A stretch of 33,731 bases of DNA from an uncultured Candidatus Saccharibacteria bacterium (GTDB lineage Bacteria > Patescibacteriota > Minisyncoccia > Phycocordibacterales > JAACPR01), in the NCBI GenBank assembly GCA_964598245.1, contig CAZRAX010000003.1, positions 1 to 33,731 on the forward strand, given 5' to 3'. Every line of letters begins with the position of its first letter. Position 1 is the first letter of the stretch. Position numbers and translations under genes: made by a program. The notes beneath the pieces are model-generated. The model saw only the letters and a list, made by a program, of their open reading frames with translations. It did no database searches and was not told the origin of the DNA. Positions 25,807 through 33,731 of this stretch are shown one piece after another.

Positions 25807-27498
25807 ATGTTTTTCTTTCTAGTATCATTTTTAGCTGGTGTACTGACTATTCTGGCACCCTGTATATTACCTTTGTTGCCAATAGTTATTGGATCATCTA
25901 ATACTAAACAAGATAAAAAAATATCTTTAAAATCCATTAGAATAATAGTTGCTTTATCAATTTCTGTTATATTATTTACACTCTTATTAAAAGCATCAAC
26001 TCTGTTAATTGACATTCCAAATTCTTTTTGGACGTGGTTCTCTGGAATTGTAATTATTATTTTGGGTTTGGTAATGATATTCCCAGAAATCTGGGTAAAA
26101 ATTCCATTAGTTAATAGAATAAAGAATTCTAGTAATCAGAAATTAGCTTCAGGTCACAGTAAGAAAAATTCTGTTGGTGATTATATTGTTGGTGTATCAC
26201 TTGGACCAGTATTTTCAACTTGTAGTCCAACATATCTATTTATAATTGCTACAGTATTGCCAGCTAGTTTTGTGGTAGGCTTCGTCTATTTATTGGGATT
26301 TACTCTTGGCTTGGCTTTATCTTTATTGTTGGTTGCTTATTTTGGTCAGTCTATTGTAAACAAAATTACAACTAACCATAAAAAAGCTGAAATAACTAAA
26401 AAAATATTTGGATTTGTAATTCTTGTTGTGGGATTATTAATTATAACTGGTCTAGATAAAAAATTTGAAGCATGGGTGTTAGATTCTGGGTATGGTGCTA
26501 CCATTAATTTTGAAGAAAAACTTATAGATAATTTTGGTAGAGATGATAATCAATTAAATATGTTGAATGAAAATAATATTAATAATCTGGATAATATCGA
26601 GGAAAGCTCAGCTGGTGTAAATGTGCCTCGTTATTTAAAAAGAGTATTCGATGATACAAATTGGAATAAAGTTGATTCATCTGTAGAAAAAGCATTATCT
26701 GGTGGTCCTGGAAAAGATGGGATACCTTCTATTGATAATCCTAAATTTATTCCCATTTCAGAATTTAAAAGAGATAAAGATATTCAAGCCATAGTTTTAA
26801 AAGATAAAAATGTCGTAAAGGTTTATCCTTATAATATCTTGACTTGGCATGAAATAGTAAATGATACAGTTGGTAATAAAAAAGTATCTGTTACTTTTTG
26901 TCCTTTGTGTGGTAGTGCGGTTGTATATAATAGAAAATTATCTGGTGGTGAAACAACTTTTGGTGTTAGTGGTTCTTTAATTGAAAGTAATATGGTTATG
27001 TATGATAGAGATACAGAAAGTCTCTGGCAACAAAGTACTGGAGAAGCAATCGCTGGAGATTATTTTGGTGAAAAATTAGATTTAATACAGTTTCAATTAC
27101 TGACAATTCAACAAGTATTAGAGAAACATCCGAATGCACTTATCTTAAGTGAAGATACTGGGTACTCAAGAAATTATGGAAGAAACCCTTATTCTGGTTA
27201 TGATGAAAGTGAACAGTTTATTTTTGCTCCTAGCCGAATAAATCAAACATATGGTTCTAAAGAAATCATGGTGGCTTTTGAGTATAAAAATATACCAGTT
27301 TCTATTCCTATGAAACAAATTAAAGAAGGACAAGAATATATTGAAAATATTTTAGCTGGTCAGATTAAAATTTATAAAAAAGACGGAGATATTGTGATTA
27401 ATGGTGTGGAAGGTGAATCAATACCTTTTTATTTTGAGATGTGGTTTAGCTGGGCAGTTCAAAACGAAGAGATCGGTGAAGTAATTGATTTGAGTTAA
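25807..27498 (+). CDS. Fusion: CcdA/DsbD-type transmembrane electron transporter + DUF3179 domain
   Basis: N-half: SFLAGVLTILAPCILP and GPVFSTCSP with six TMs. C-half: GGPGKDGIPSID, WHEIVND, TFCPLCGS, FGVSG, MYDRDTESLWQQ, MWFSW. Confidence 0.87.
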   Translation: MFFFLVSFLAGVLTILAPCILPLLPIVIGSSNTKQDKKISLKSIRIIVALSISVILFTLLLKASTLLIDIPNSFWTWFSGIVIIILGLVMIFPEIWVKIPLVNRIKNSSNQKLASGHSKKNSVGDYIVGVSLGPVFSTCSPTYLFIIATVLPASFVVGFVYLLGFTLGLALSLLLVAYFGQSIVNKITTNHKKAEITKKIFGFVILVVGLLIITGLDKKFEAWVLDSGYGATINFEEKLIDNFGRDDNQLNMLNENNINNLDNIEESSAGVNVPRYLKRVFDDTNWNKVDSSVEKALSGGPGKDGIPSIDNPKFIPISEFKRDKDIQAIVLKDKNVVKVYPYNILTWHEIVNDTVGNKKVSVTFCPLCGSAVVYNRKLSGGETTFGVSGSLIESNMVMYDRDTESLWQQSTGEAIAGDYFGEKLDLIQFQLLTIQQVLEKHPNALILSEDTGYSRNYGRNPYSGYDESEQFIFAPSRINQTYGSKEIMVAFEYKNIPVSIPMKQIKEGQEYIENILAGQIKIYKKDGDIVINGVEGESIPFYFEMWFSWAVQNEEIGEVIDLS

Positions 27499-27518
27499 TT
27501 AAATTATAAGATTAATAT

Positions 27519-28175
27519 ATGAATATATATCTTACAGCAGAACAGATGAAAGAGGTTGATGATATTGCCGTTAATAAATACGGAATAACTCTCGAAAGTA
27601 TGATGGAAAAAGCTGGTAAAACTTTGGCTGATTTTGTTTCCAGTTTAAATCCCGAAAATGTAATTATTGCATACGGTTCTGGTTATAATGGGGGCGGGGG
27701 GTTAGTAGCCGCAAGATACCTTTTTGAAAAATTCCCTGTATTTTTATTACCAGCATCTAGAAACTTAAAAGAAACTACTAAATTACAACTTCAAAAAACT
27801 TCAATTACAGAAATTAAATCAAAGGAATTAGATAATTTTAAGAATAAACAAAAAACTATTATTGTAGATACTTTATTAGGTTATTCGATTAATAGAAATC
27901 CAGAAGGTGCATATTCTGAAATTATTAATAAAATAAATGAAGAACACGGAAAAGGTGTAATAGTCGTTTCCCTAGATTTGCCAAGTGGACTTAATCCAAA
28001 TAATGGGGAAGTGTATGATCCTCATGTTGTAGCAGATTATACTTTGACACTAGCTTATCCAAAGATTGGACTTAAAAATAATTCAGATGTCACTGGCGAG
28101 ATTAAATTAATAGATATTGGTATTCCAGATAAGGTTTTAGATGATTTGAAATTAAAAGAAATTAATAATAATTAA
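27519..28175 (+). CDS. nnrE: NAD(P)H-hydrate epimerase (stand-alone YjeF N-terminal domain)
   Basis: QMKEVD, MMEKAG, GSGYNGGGG, IVDTLLG, SLDLPSG, TLTLAYPKIGL, IDIGIP. Confidence 0.85.
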   Translation: MNIYLTAEQMKEVDDIAVNKYGITLESMMEKAGKTLADFVSSLNPENVIIAYGSGYNGGGGLVAARYLFEKFPVFLLPASRNLKETTKLQLQKTSITEIKSKELDNFKNKQKTIIVDTLLGYSINRNPEGAYSEIINKINEEHGKGVIVVSLDLPSGLNPNNGEVYDPHVVADYTLTLAYPKIGLKNNSDVTGEIKLIDIGIPDKVLDDLKLKEINNN

Positions 28176-28183
28176 ATAAAAAT

Positions 28184-28384
28184 ATGGAAAATTTAGGATT
28201 AATATTTGACACATTAGGAACTATTTTAATAGGTATAATGGCACTAAGAGTTCATGATAAAGTTCTTCATGATAAGCATTTTGACAAAGATGTTTTTGAA
28301 GCCATGAGATCAGAACAACATACAGGTAAAGTGGGGATATTGTTTGTAATAATTGGTTTTGTTTTGCAAATATTCGGTTTTTAA
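28184..28384 (+). CDS. Small two-TM hypothetical protein with His/Asp-rich loop
   Basis: Two hydrophobic segments flanking VHDKVLHDKHFDKD; tight operon spacing. Confidence 0.75.
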   Translation: MENLGLIFDTLGTILIGIMALRVHDKVLHDKHFDKDVFEAMRSEQHTGKVGILFVIIGFVLQIFGF

Positions 28385-28452
28385 AAAAATAGTGAAAATT
28401 GACTTTTTATATTATTAATGTATGTTGTAGGAAATATTAGATACAAAAAAGC

Positions 28453-29967
28453 GTGCGAAAAATACTTAAATTTCTTAAAAAACGAAAATATATAGTTATA
28501 ATCACAGCATTAATTGTGGTTTATTTACTATTTTCGGTCTTTTTTTCAAAAGACAAAGGTGCTGAGATTCAAATAGAAGATAACTTAAAAAAGATTGAAG
28601 CATCATCGGTTAAAGATATTATTAGTGAAAACTCTAATTTAAATTTAGTTGGCCGTGTTGAATCTGAATCTGAATCAAAAATAAAAACTGAAAGCCAAGG
28701 TGAAATATCGGTTGTTTATAAAAAATTAGGTGACCAAGTTTTTGCGGGTGAAATAATTGCTGAGATAGAAAATTCAGTACAAAGAGCTGAAGTTTTAAAT
28801 GCTGAAGCTTCATTAGATATTGCAAAAGCTAATCTTGAAAAACTAAAAGATAGTTCTGGAGATAATGTTGTTTTAATAAAAAGCTCTATTAGACAATCTT
28901 TCACTACTACTGATGATGCGATAAGAAATAGAGTTGATCAGTTATTTGAAAATCCAGATGGTAGGTTTCCAAATTTACAAATTAACTTTGGGGATTATTT
29001 TAGAAAAAAAGATATAGAAGATTTAAAATATGAAATAGAATTAATTTTAGAAGACTGGAAAGAAGAAATAAATAATATAAGTAATTTAAATAATGTTTCA
29101 GAAATAGAAAAAATAATTAATTCTTCTCAAGATAGAATTAGAATTGTTGAAGGATTTTTAGATGAATTAGCTTTTGCTCTGAGTTTAACTAATCCAAATA
29201 CAAATGTTACTCAAAATGATATTGATAAATATAAAAATGATATATCAGTCGCAAGAAATTCTATTTCTAATTCACTTTCTTCTTTAATTAATTCATTCAA
29301 TAATTTAAATTCCTCTGTAGATTTTGGTGATAAAGGACAAGATATTATTATTTCAGAAGCTAATGTTGAACAGGCAAGAGCGAGACTTTTGATTACACAA
29401 TCTAATTTAGAAAAAACAATTATTAGATCTCCAATCACTGGAGAAATTAATTCGATTGATATCAAAAAAGGATCTTTTGTATCTTCTTTTCAAGATGTTG
29501 TAGAAGTAGTTGGGGGTAATAATGTAGTAATAAAAAGCTTTGTAACGGAAAATGAAATAAATAAGTTGAAGATCGGAACAGAAGTTATTATAGATAAAAA
29601 ATATAAAGGTAAAATATCTAGAATTGCACCTTCAGTAAATTCTGAAACACAAAAAATAGAAATCATAATAATCCCAACAGAAAGTGTTAAATTAAAAAAT
29701 GGTCAGTCGATAAATGTATCTATTGTTTTAGATGATAAAGATTTTACTGAGGATTTAATAATTATTCCAATTAAATCAATTAGAATAAATACTGATGGAA
29801 ATTTTGTATTGTCAGTTAATTCTAGTAATGAAATATATTTTAAACCAGTGAAAATAGGAGAAATAATAGGCGATTCTATAATTATTGAAGAAGGTCTTGA
29901 AAGTGAAGATATTATAATAATTGATGCTAGGGGTCTAAAAGAGGGTCAAGTCGTAAATCTTAATTAA
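28453..29967 (+). CDS. RND efflux membrane fusion (adaptor) protein
   Basis: GTG start; TM; KKLGDQVFAGEIIAEI and IRSPITGEI...KKGSFV lipoyl halves; EGL...LKEGQVV; 4 nt upstream of the RND permease. Confidence 0.88.
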   Translation: MRKILKFLKKRKYIVIITALIVVYLLFSVFFSKDKGAEIQIEDNLKKIEASSVKDIISENSNLNLVGRVESESESKIKTESQGEISVVYKKLGDQVFAGEIIAEIENSVQRAEVLNAEASLDIAKANLEKLKDSSGDNVVLIKSSIRQSFTTTDDAIRNRVDQLFENPDGRFPNLQINFGDYFRKKDIEDLKYEIELILEDWKEEINNISNLNNVSEIEKIINSSQDRIRIVEGFLDELAFALSLTNPNTNVTQNDIDKYKNDISVARNSISNSLSSLINSFNNLNSSVDFGDKGQDIIISEANVEQARARLLITQSNLEKTIIRSPITGEINSIDIKKGSFVSSFQDVVEVVGGNNVVIKSFVTENEINKLKIGTEVIIDKKYKGKISRIAPSVNSETQKIEIIIIPTESVKLKNGQSINVSIVLDDKDFTEDLIIIPIKSIRINTDGNFVLSVNSSNEIYFKPVKIGEIIGDSIIIEEGLESEDIIIIDARGLKEGQVVNLN

Positions 29968-29971
29968 AAAC

Positions 29972-32900
29972 ATGAAAGCATTTTGGAACTTTTTTTTAGA
30001 TAATAAAAACTTTACATATATTATACTATTCTCGTTGATTATTTTCGGAGTAATTTCTTTGATTTCTATTCCAAAAGAATCTGCACCAGAAGTTATTATT
30101 CCTGTGGCCGTAATTTCAACCAATTATCCTGGGGCCTCAGCCGTAGATATTGAAAGATTGATAACAAATAAAATTGAAGATCAGTTAGCTGGTAATTTAG
30201 AAAATTTAGATGATGTAACATCTATTTCTAGAGATAGTTTTTCATCTGTAGTTGTTGAATTTGATTCTGATGCTGATTTAGATAAGTCTATACAAGAAGT
30301 AAAAGATGAAGTAGACAAAATAAAAAATGAATTACCTAGTGATGCCAATGACCCTGTTGTTACAGAAGTTAATTTTGTCGATCAACCTATAATGAGTATC
30401 TCTATGGTTGGAGAAAAAACTGATGTTGAATGGAATCATTTAGTTGAAGAAATTGAATTAGAATTAAAAAAAATAAAAGGAATTTCTAAAATTTCTGTAT
30501 CAGGACTTCCTGAAAGACAGGTTCAAGTGATTGTTAGTAGGGAATCTTTATCACAATTTAATATTTCAATAAATGAAGTTGTTAATGCCATTAAACTTTC
30601 CAATGCTTCTTTACCTATCGGGAGTATAGAATTAAATGATATTGATTACCCAATTAATTTTGAAGGTTCAATTAAAGAAATTGAAAATATTAAAGATTTA
30701 GCAATACTTAGTTCTGGTAATGAACCAATATATATAAGAGATATTGCTGAAGTTTATGATGGAGTTGCAGAAAGAAATAGTATATCTAGAACAAGTATAA
30801 ATAGTTCTCCTTCCGAAAAGTCTATTTCAATTTCAGTATTTAAAAAAAGTGGAGGAGATATAACAAAAATTGCATCAGATATTAGAGAAAAATTATTAGA
30901 AATAAATAATACCTTGTTATCAGATGTTAATTACTTAATTACTTTTGATAGTGGAGAATCTGTTGAAAAAGATTTAAAAAATCTTTCTTTTAGTGCTATG
31001 CAGACTATCTTTTTGGTTTTTATCATTCTTTTTATAACACTTGGTTGGAGAGAGGCTATTGTCGCCGGACTAGCAATTCCTCTATCTTTTTTAGTTGCTT
31101 TTATAGGACTTGAATATTCAGGAAATACAATAAACTTTATCTCTTTATTTTCACTTATATTATCTGTTGGTATATTGGTTGATTCGGCTATTGTTATTAC
31201 AGAATCAATTCATTCAAACATGAAAAAGGGGGGTGATAAAACAGATGCTGCTAGACTAACTATCAAAGATTTTTATTATCCTTTAACTTCTGGAACTGCT
31301 ACTACCGTTGCTGTTTTTGCACCTTTATTTTTGTTATCAGGTGTAACTGGACAATTTATATCTAGTATCCCATTTACTATAATATTTGTTTTGTTGGCTT
31401 CTTTATTTGTCTCTTTGGGTTTTATACCTTTTATAGCATCAATTTTTCTAAAAAGAAGAAATCAAACAAAATTTGAACAAAAACAAGAAGATATAACTCA
31501 CATAATAGAGAAAAAATATTCTAATGCATTATCTAAAATAATTGGTAATAAAAAAATAGAAAAAATATTTATTAGAACTATAATAGTTTCTTTTATTGCC
31601 GTATTAACTTTTCCTTTTTTAGGTTTTGTAAAAGTTATATTTTTCCCACAAGAAAATGTTGATTTTTTATATGTTGAAATTGAAGAACCACAAGGAACAA
31701 CTTTGGAAAAAACTGATTTGGCTATAAGAGAAATAGAAGAAATTTTATATAAATATTCTGAAATAGAATCTTTCACCACAGAAGTAGGTCAAACTAGTCC
31801 TTTTTCAAATAGTGGTTCTAATGCAGACTCTAAATTTGCAAATATAACTATTTTACTTGATGAAAAAAGGGACTCTACTAGTTCAGAAATATTAAAAAGT
31901 ATTAGAAATGATTTTTCTAAAATAGATAATACTATTGTAAGAATTTTTGAACCAAATAATGGTCCACCAACAGGTTCTCCTGTTTATATAAAATTCTTTT
32001 CAAACGATTTAGATATTATTGATTCAGCTGTTAAAAGATCCGAGGATATATTGTCATCAATAGATGGAACTTCTGAAATAAACTCAAGCGCTAAAAATGA
32101 CATAAATGAATTCAGAATAATTATAGATAGATCAAAAGCTAGTCAGTTAGGTCTAAATGCTACTGATGTAGCTTCAAATCTAAGAACTTCAATTTTTGGT
32201 GTAGAAGCAACTACGATAAACACTGTTGATGGAGATATTGATATTTTTGTTAAGCTTAATTTAAATCAAAATAGTAATTTACCTGATCTCACATCAAATA
32301 CAACGATTGATTCTATTGAAAAAATATCTATTCCAACACCCGCGGGGCCAGTCCTTTTAGGATCTTTACTTGAGACAAGGCTTGATGTTGTCAATTCCGT
32401 TATTGAACATGAAGATCAAAAAAGAGTAGGTTTTGTTTCTTCTGAAATAAGTAATGATAGAACATCTAGAGATATAATAAGAGAATTTAAAGAAAAATTT
32501 GATAATTTAGAAAATACCGAAGATGTAGAAGTAGTTTTTGGGGGGGAGACAGAAGATATAAATGAAACATTTAAAGAAATGGGTTTGGCTTTGGTGTTAG
32601 GTATAATTTTAATTCTGTCTATATTAGTTTTACAATTTAATTCTTATAGACAGGCTTTTTATATAATATCTATAGTACCTCTTTCTTTAATTGGGGTATT
32701 TTTAGGACTTGCTATAACAGGTAAGGCATTATCTTTTCCTTCTATAATGGGATTTATAGCTTTATCTGGAATTGTGGTTAATAACTCTATAATATTGATT
32801 GATGTCATGAATAAAATAAGAAAACAAAATCCTGAAAAAGAAATAAAAGATGTTGTAATAGAAGGTGCTACGGCCAGATTAAGACCTATTTTATTAACTA

Positions 32901-33052
32901 CAATTACAACGGTTATTGGGGTTATACCTCTAACTTATGTTTCTGATTTATGGGGCCCTCTTGCTTATTCGATCATGTTCGGACTTATTTCTGCAGTATT
33001 TATAACTCTTCTTCTTATACCGATACTTTATAATAGGAATCCTGGGAAATAA
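29972..33052 (+). CDS. RND efflux transporter permease (AcrB/SwrC-like)
   Basis: NYPGASA..IERLITNKIE, AIPLS, INFISL, GILVDSAIVITE, GIVVNNSIILID, RLRPILLTT; 1026 aa with 12-TM RND topology. Confidence 0.95.
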   Translation: MKAFWNFFLDNKNFTYIILFSLIIFGVISLISIPKESAPEVIIPVAVISTNYPGASAVDIERLITNKIEDQLAGNLENLDDVTSISRDSFSSVVVEFDSDADLDKSIQEVKDEVDKIKNELPSDANDPVVTEVNFVDQPIMSISMVGEKTDVEWNHLVEEIELELKKIKGISKISVSGLPERQVQVIVSRESLSQFNISINEVVNAIKLSNASLPIGSIELNDIDYPINFEGSIKEIENIKDLAILSSGNEPIYIRDIAEVYDGVAERNSISRTSINSSPSEKSISISVFKKSGGDITKIASDIREKLLEINNTLLSDVNYLITFDSGESVEKDLKNLSFSAMQTIFLVFIILFITLGWREAIVAGLAIPLSFLVAFIGLEYSGNTINFISLFSLILSVGILVDSAIVITESIHSNMKKGGDKTDAARLTIKDFYYPLTSGTATTVAVFAPLFLLSGVTGQFISSIPFTIIFVLLASLFVSLGFIPFIASIFLKRRNQTKFEQKQEDITHIIEKKYSNALSKIIGNKKIEKIFIRTIIVSFIAVLTFPFLGFVKVIFFPQENVDFLYVEIEEPQGTTLEKTDLAIREIEEILYKYSEIESFTTEVGQTSPFSNSGSNADSKFANITILLDEKRDSTSSEILKSIRNDFSKIDNTIVRIFEPNNGPPTGSPVYIKFFSNDLDIIDSAVKRSEDILSSIDGTSEINSSAKNDINEFRIIIDRSKASQLGLNATDVASNLRTSIFGVEATTINTVDGDIDIFVKLNLNQNSNLPDLTSNTTIDSIEKISIPTPAGPVLLGSLLETRLDVVNSVIEHEDQKRVGFVSSEISNDRTSRDIIREFKEKFDNLENTEDVEVVFGGETEDINETFKEMGLALVLGIILILSILVLQFNSYRQAFYIISIVPLSLIGVFLGLAITGKALSFPSIMGFIALSGIVVNNSIILIDVMNKIRKQNPEKEIKDVVIEGATARLRPILLTTITTVIGVIPLTYVSDLWGPLAYSIMFGLISAVFITLLLIPILYNRNPGK

Positions 33053-33085
33053 AAAAAGCATCGTATTAATACACGGTGCTTTTGT
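33051..33085. terminator. Bidirectional intrinsic terminator between convergent RND and HTH genes
   Basis: AAAAGCATCGT-attaatac-ACGGTGCTTTT (one G-U pair), with A-tract on the left and T-tract on the right. Confidence 0.75.
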
Positions 33086-33099
33086 TGTGTTCCGGTGAG

Positions 33100-33306
33100 T
33101 TATTTACTGGTTTTTACTATTTTCCATTTGGTATAACCACGGTGGCCACCAAGACAAATTACAAAACCATTTGGTCCTAATGACTGTCCCATCGTTTGGG
33201 AAATACCATTATTGTTTAAGCCAGTTTTTTTACCGATTTCTCTAGTGGTTGCAGTTCCTCCCAAGTCTTTAAGAGCTTGTAGGATATCTTTCTGGCGTTT
33301 TTTCAT
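33100..33306 (-). CDS. Small winged-helix-like DNA-binding protein, hypothetical
   Basis: RQKDILQALKDLGGTATTREIGKKTGLNNNGISQT...TKWK; preceded by AAAGGAG-taatt-ATG. Confidence 0.72.
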   Translation of the reverse strand: MKKRQKDILQALKDLGGTATTREIGKKTGLNNNGISQTMGQSLGPNGFVICLGGHRGYTKWKIVKTSK

Positions 33307-33514
33307 AATTACTCCTTTCTTTTTTTGTGTTGTGCTGTTTATATTTTAGATTACAACTTTTTAATAAAAATACAAGTTTAAAACTTGAATTGTCATTAAA
33401 AATCATAAAAGTAATTTAAAAAGATTGTTTTTTCTGGTTCCGTCTACTGGAGGACGTTCGAACCTGTTTTATGAAATAAAAATAAATTTTCAAATATAGA
33501 AAAGGTTTTGCTTA

Positions 33515-33523
33515 TGTTAAAAT
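33515..33523 (+). promoter_or_regulatory. Extended -10 element (TGTTAAAAT) 7 nt before ATG 33531
   Basis: Motif and spacing seen directly. Confidence 0.55.
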
Positions 33524-33530
33524 AACAATT

Positions 33531-33731
33531 ATGAACAAAAAAGAAGTTGTAATATATCAAACTAAAACAGGCTCTATCGAGTTAAAAGGGGATTTAACGA
33601 AAGATACTCTTTGGGCGAATCAGTTACAAATTGCTGAGGCTTTTGAAGTCGATGTTCGAACTATAAATGAACATATTTTAAATATATATAAAACTAATGA
33701 ATTACCAAAAAATTCAACTATCCGGAATTTC
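33531..33731 (+). CDS. RhuM-like N-terminal domain protein (often fused to Fic/DOC), partial, runs off the window
   Basis: Not in the supplied ORF track. Translates MNKKEVVIYQTKTGSIELKGDLTKDTLWANQLQIAEAFEVDVRTINEHILNIYKTNELPKNSTIRNF; TxWxxQxQIAExF...INEHIxNIY...EL...TIRNF matches the RhuM-family start. Confidence 0.82.
   Translation, partial: MNKKEVVIYQTKTGSIELKGDLTKDTLWANQLQIAEAFEVDVRTINEHILNIYKTNELPKNSTIRNF

Noticed and set aside
3193-31779. Short alternative-frame or antisense ORFs in the track (e.g. 3193-3417, 5093-5308, 5548-5811, 7505-7735, 12315-12524, 13072-13296, 14680-14877, 15863-16078, 17544-17798, 18422-19028, 19500-19748, 20766-20960, 25794-26015, 28634-29465, 29935-30123, 31498-31779)
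   Set aside because: All lie within or across well-supported longer genes, show no recognisable motifs and look like shadow ORFs.
33400-33480. tRNA gene on the minus strand
   Set aside because: Only a T-loop-like GGTTCGAA and a terminal CCA are present; no D-arm, anticodon arm or acceptor pairing, and the spacing is wrong. Kept only as a possible scar.
1-33731. Alternative genetic code (TGA=Gly or Trp) as in Gracilibacteria/Absconditabacteria or Mollicutes
   Set aside because: Long conserved genes are uninterrupted under code 11, Trp is TGG, and TGA ends ackA and the ATPase at expected lengths.
1-33731. CRISPR array, IS element, rRNA or prophage
   Set aside because: No regularly spaced direct repeats, transposase, integrase, structural phage genes or long GC-rich structured RNA were seen; intergenic gaps are all short.

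Overview
Very AT-rich (roughly 27-30% GC by eye), gene-dense bacterial chromosome segment using standard code 11 (ackA and the P-type ATPase end in TGA, and no long ORF has an internal TGA). Gene style suggests Patescibacteria/CPR, Parcubacteria-like (inference): PsbP-like surface protein, receiver-only response regulators, M15 peptidase on a coiled-coil stalk, almost no Shine-Dalgarno motifs. There are about 32 complete CDS plus two partial ones at the edges. They include a type IIA P-type ATPase, a LexA-like S24 repressor, phosphoketolase-acetate kinase, a HAD phosphomannomutase::GH130 fusion followed by a tandem GH130::GH130 protein, RimB-like protease + RimK, a MacAB-like ABC exporter and a receiver-PAS kinase-receiver triad. 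Also present are a CPA2 antiporter, cold-shock protein, cyclophilin, an ArsR-thioredoxin-CcdA::DUF3179-NnrE operon, an RND efflux pair and the start of a RhuM-like gene. No rRNA, complete tRNA, CRISPR array or transposase was recognised. Three items stand out. (1) A three-GH130 + mutase mannoside system, in which one GH130 domain looks hydrolase-like and two look phosphorylase-like, lies near xfp-ackA. (2) An apparently autoregulated extracytoplasmic thiol-redox operon is built around a CcdA::DUF3179 fusion. (3) Extended -10 promoter motifs recur 6-8 nt before start codons, implying leaderless mRNAs. All assignments come from motif recognition by eye; no database search was run.
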